Assembly (NCBI GenBank): GCA_024137785.1
Contig: JAHRHZ010000222.1
Span: forward strand, 40,654,565 to 40,718,564
Direction: 5' to 3'
Length of the DNA: 64,000 nt
Source: Ginglymostoma cirratum
Taxonomy: Eukaryota
The notes beneath the pieces were generated by a model. It was not told where the DNA came from. It was given only the letters and a program-made list of their open reading frames with translations, and did no database searches. Below, piece after piece: positions 63,457 through 64,000 of the stretch. A program made the translations under genes and the position numbers. Each line of letters begins with the position of its first letter. The first letter of the stretch is position 1.

Positions 63457-64000
63457 TATTGGGGATCCCATTGGTGTTCTGTTGATTTGTTTGACTATAC
63501 AGTTTTTGAAGGTGAAGTGGGTTGTGAGGCACAGATCCAGCTGATTCAGGGTGCTGTCCTTGTTGATGCTATCGGTGTCATTGGGTGCCTGCCTTCCTGA
63601 TCGTCCAGCAGTGTGGCAATTGTCTCTTTGGCTAGGTTGGTGTTTATGGATATAAACAGTGCTGTTATGTCAAAGGATATCATTATCTCATCCTCTTCTA
63701 CTCTGGTGTCCTTGATGTAGTTGAGGAATTTTTGGGATGAGTGGATAGAGTGGGTAGTGTTGTCAACTAAGTATTTCAGTTTCTGTTGTAGTCCTTTGGC
63801 TAATCTATATGTTGGTGTACCTGGTAGTGAGACAATGGGTCTGAGGGGAACCCCTGGCTTGTATACCTTAGGGAGTCCATTGAAGCTTTCATCTGACTTC
63901 ATTTTTTGGTAGTCTGTCTTGCTAATGCCTCTTGAGTTGTCTAATTTCTTCAGGGTTGTTTTGATTCGGTTCTGTAACTGTGGTGTTAGGTCTGTCACCA
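63457..64000 (-). mobile_element. Penelope-like element reverse transcriptase fragment (runs off the window end)
   Basis: GLPKVYKPGVPLRPIVS...PTYRLAK...SFDITALF, then after a frameshift LDLCLTTHFTF...KQINRTPMGSPI: PLE RT motifs 1, 2, A and B. Confidence 0.9.

Noticed and set aside
18000-64000. Exons of the expected downstream neighbour Mmp2 or another gene
   Set aside because: No ORF shows MMP or other host-protein motifs; recognisable peptides are all transposon-derived. Small exons could have been missed.
1-64000. CRISPR array, operon or other prokaryotic system
   Set aside because: The sequence is intron-containing vertebrate DNA with no regularly spaced repeats. The short ORFs in the track, many with TTG/GTG starts, are consistent with chance.

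Overview
Vertebrate genomic DNA, most likely from an elasmobranch (shark). The inference rests on HE1/V-SINE-like and Deu-SINE-like repeats, CR1/L2 fragments and Penelope-type elements. The only protein-coding gene I can support is a six-exon Iroquois TALE homeobox gene on the + strand (about 10137-13707), best matching Irx6. It sits in a roughly 14 kb CpG-retaining, transposon-poor domain with candidate conserved enhancers, one of which carries a perfect Pbx-Hox site next to a Meis site. The remaining ~46 kb is gene desert with decayed retro- and DNA-transposons and one 400-N assembly gap. The most unusual structure is a set of short Penelope-like terminal-repeat elements with minimal hammerhead-ribozyme motifs. 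Two of them are fold-back insertions, each with a perfect 15-bp target-site duplication, and a Penelope RT fragment lies at the window end. Repeat family names and orthology come from my recollection of these families, not from a search, and repeat boundaries are approximate.
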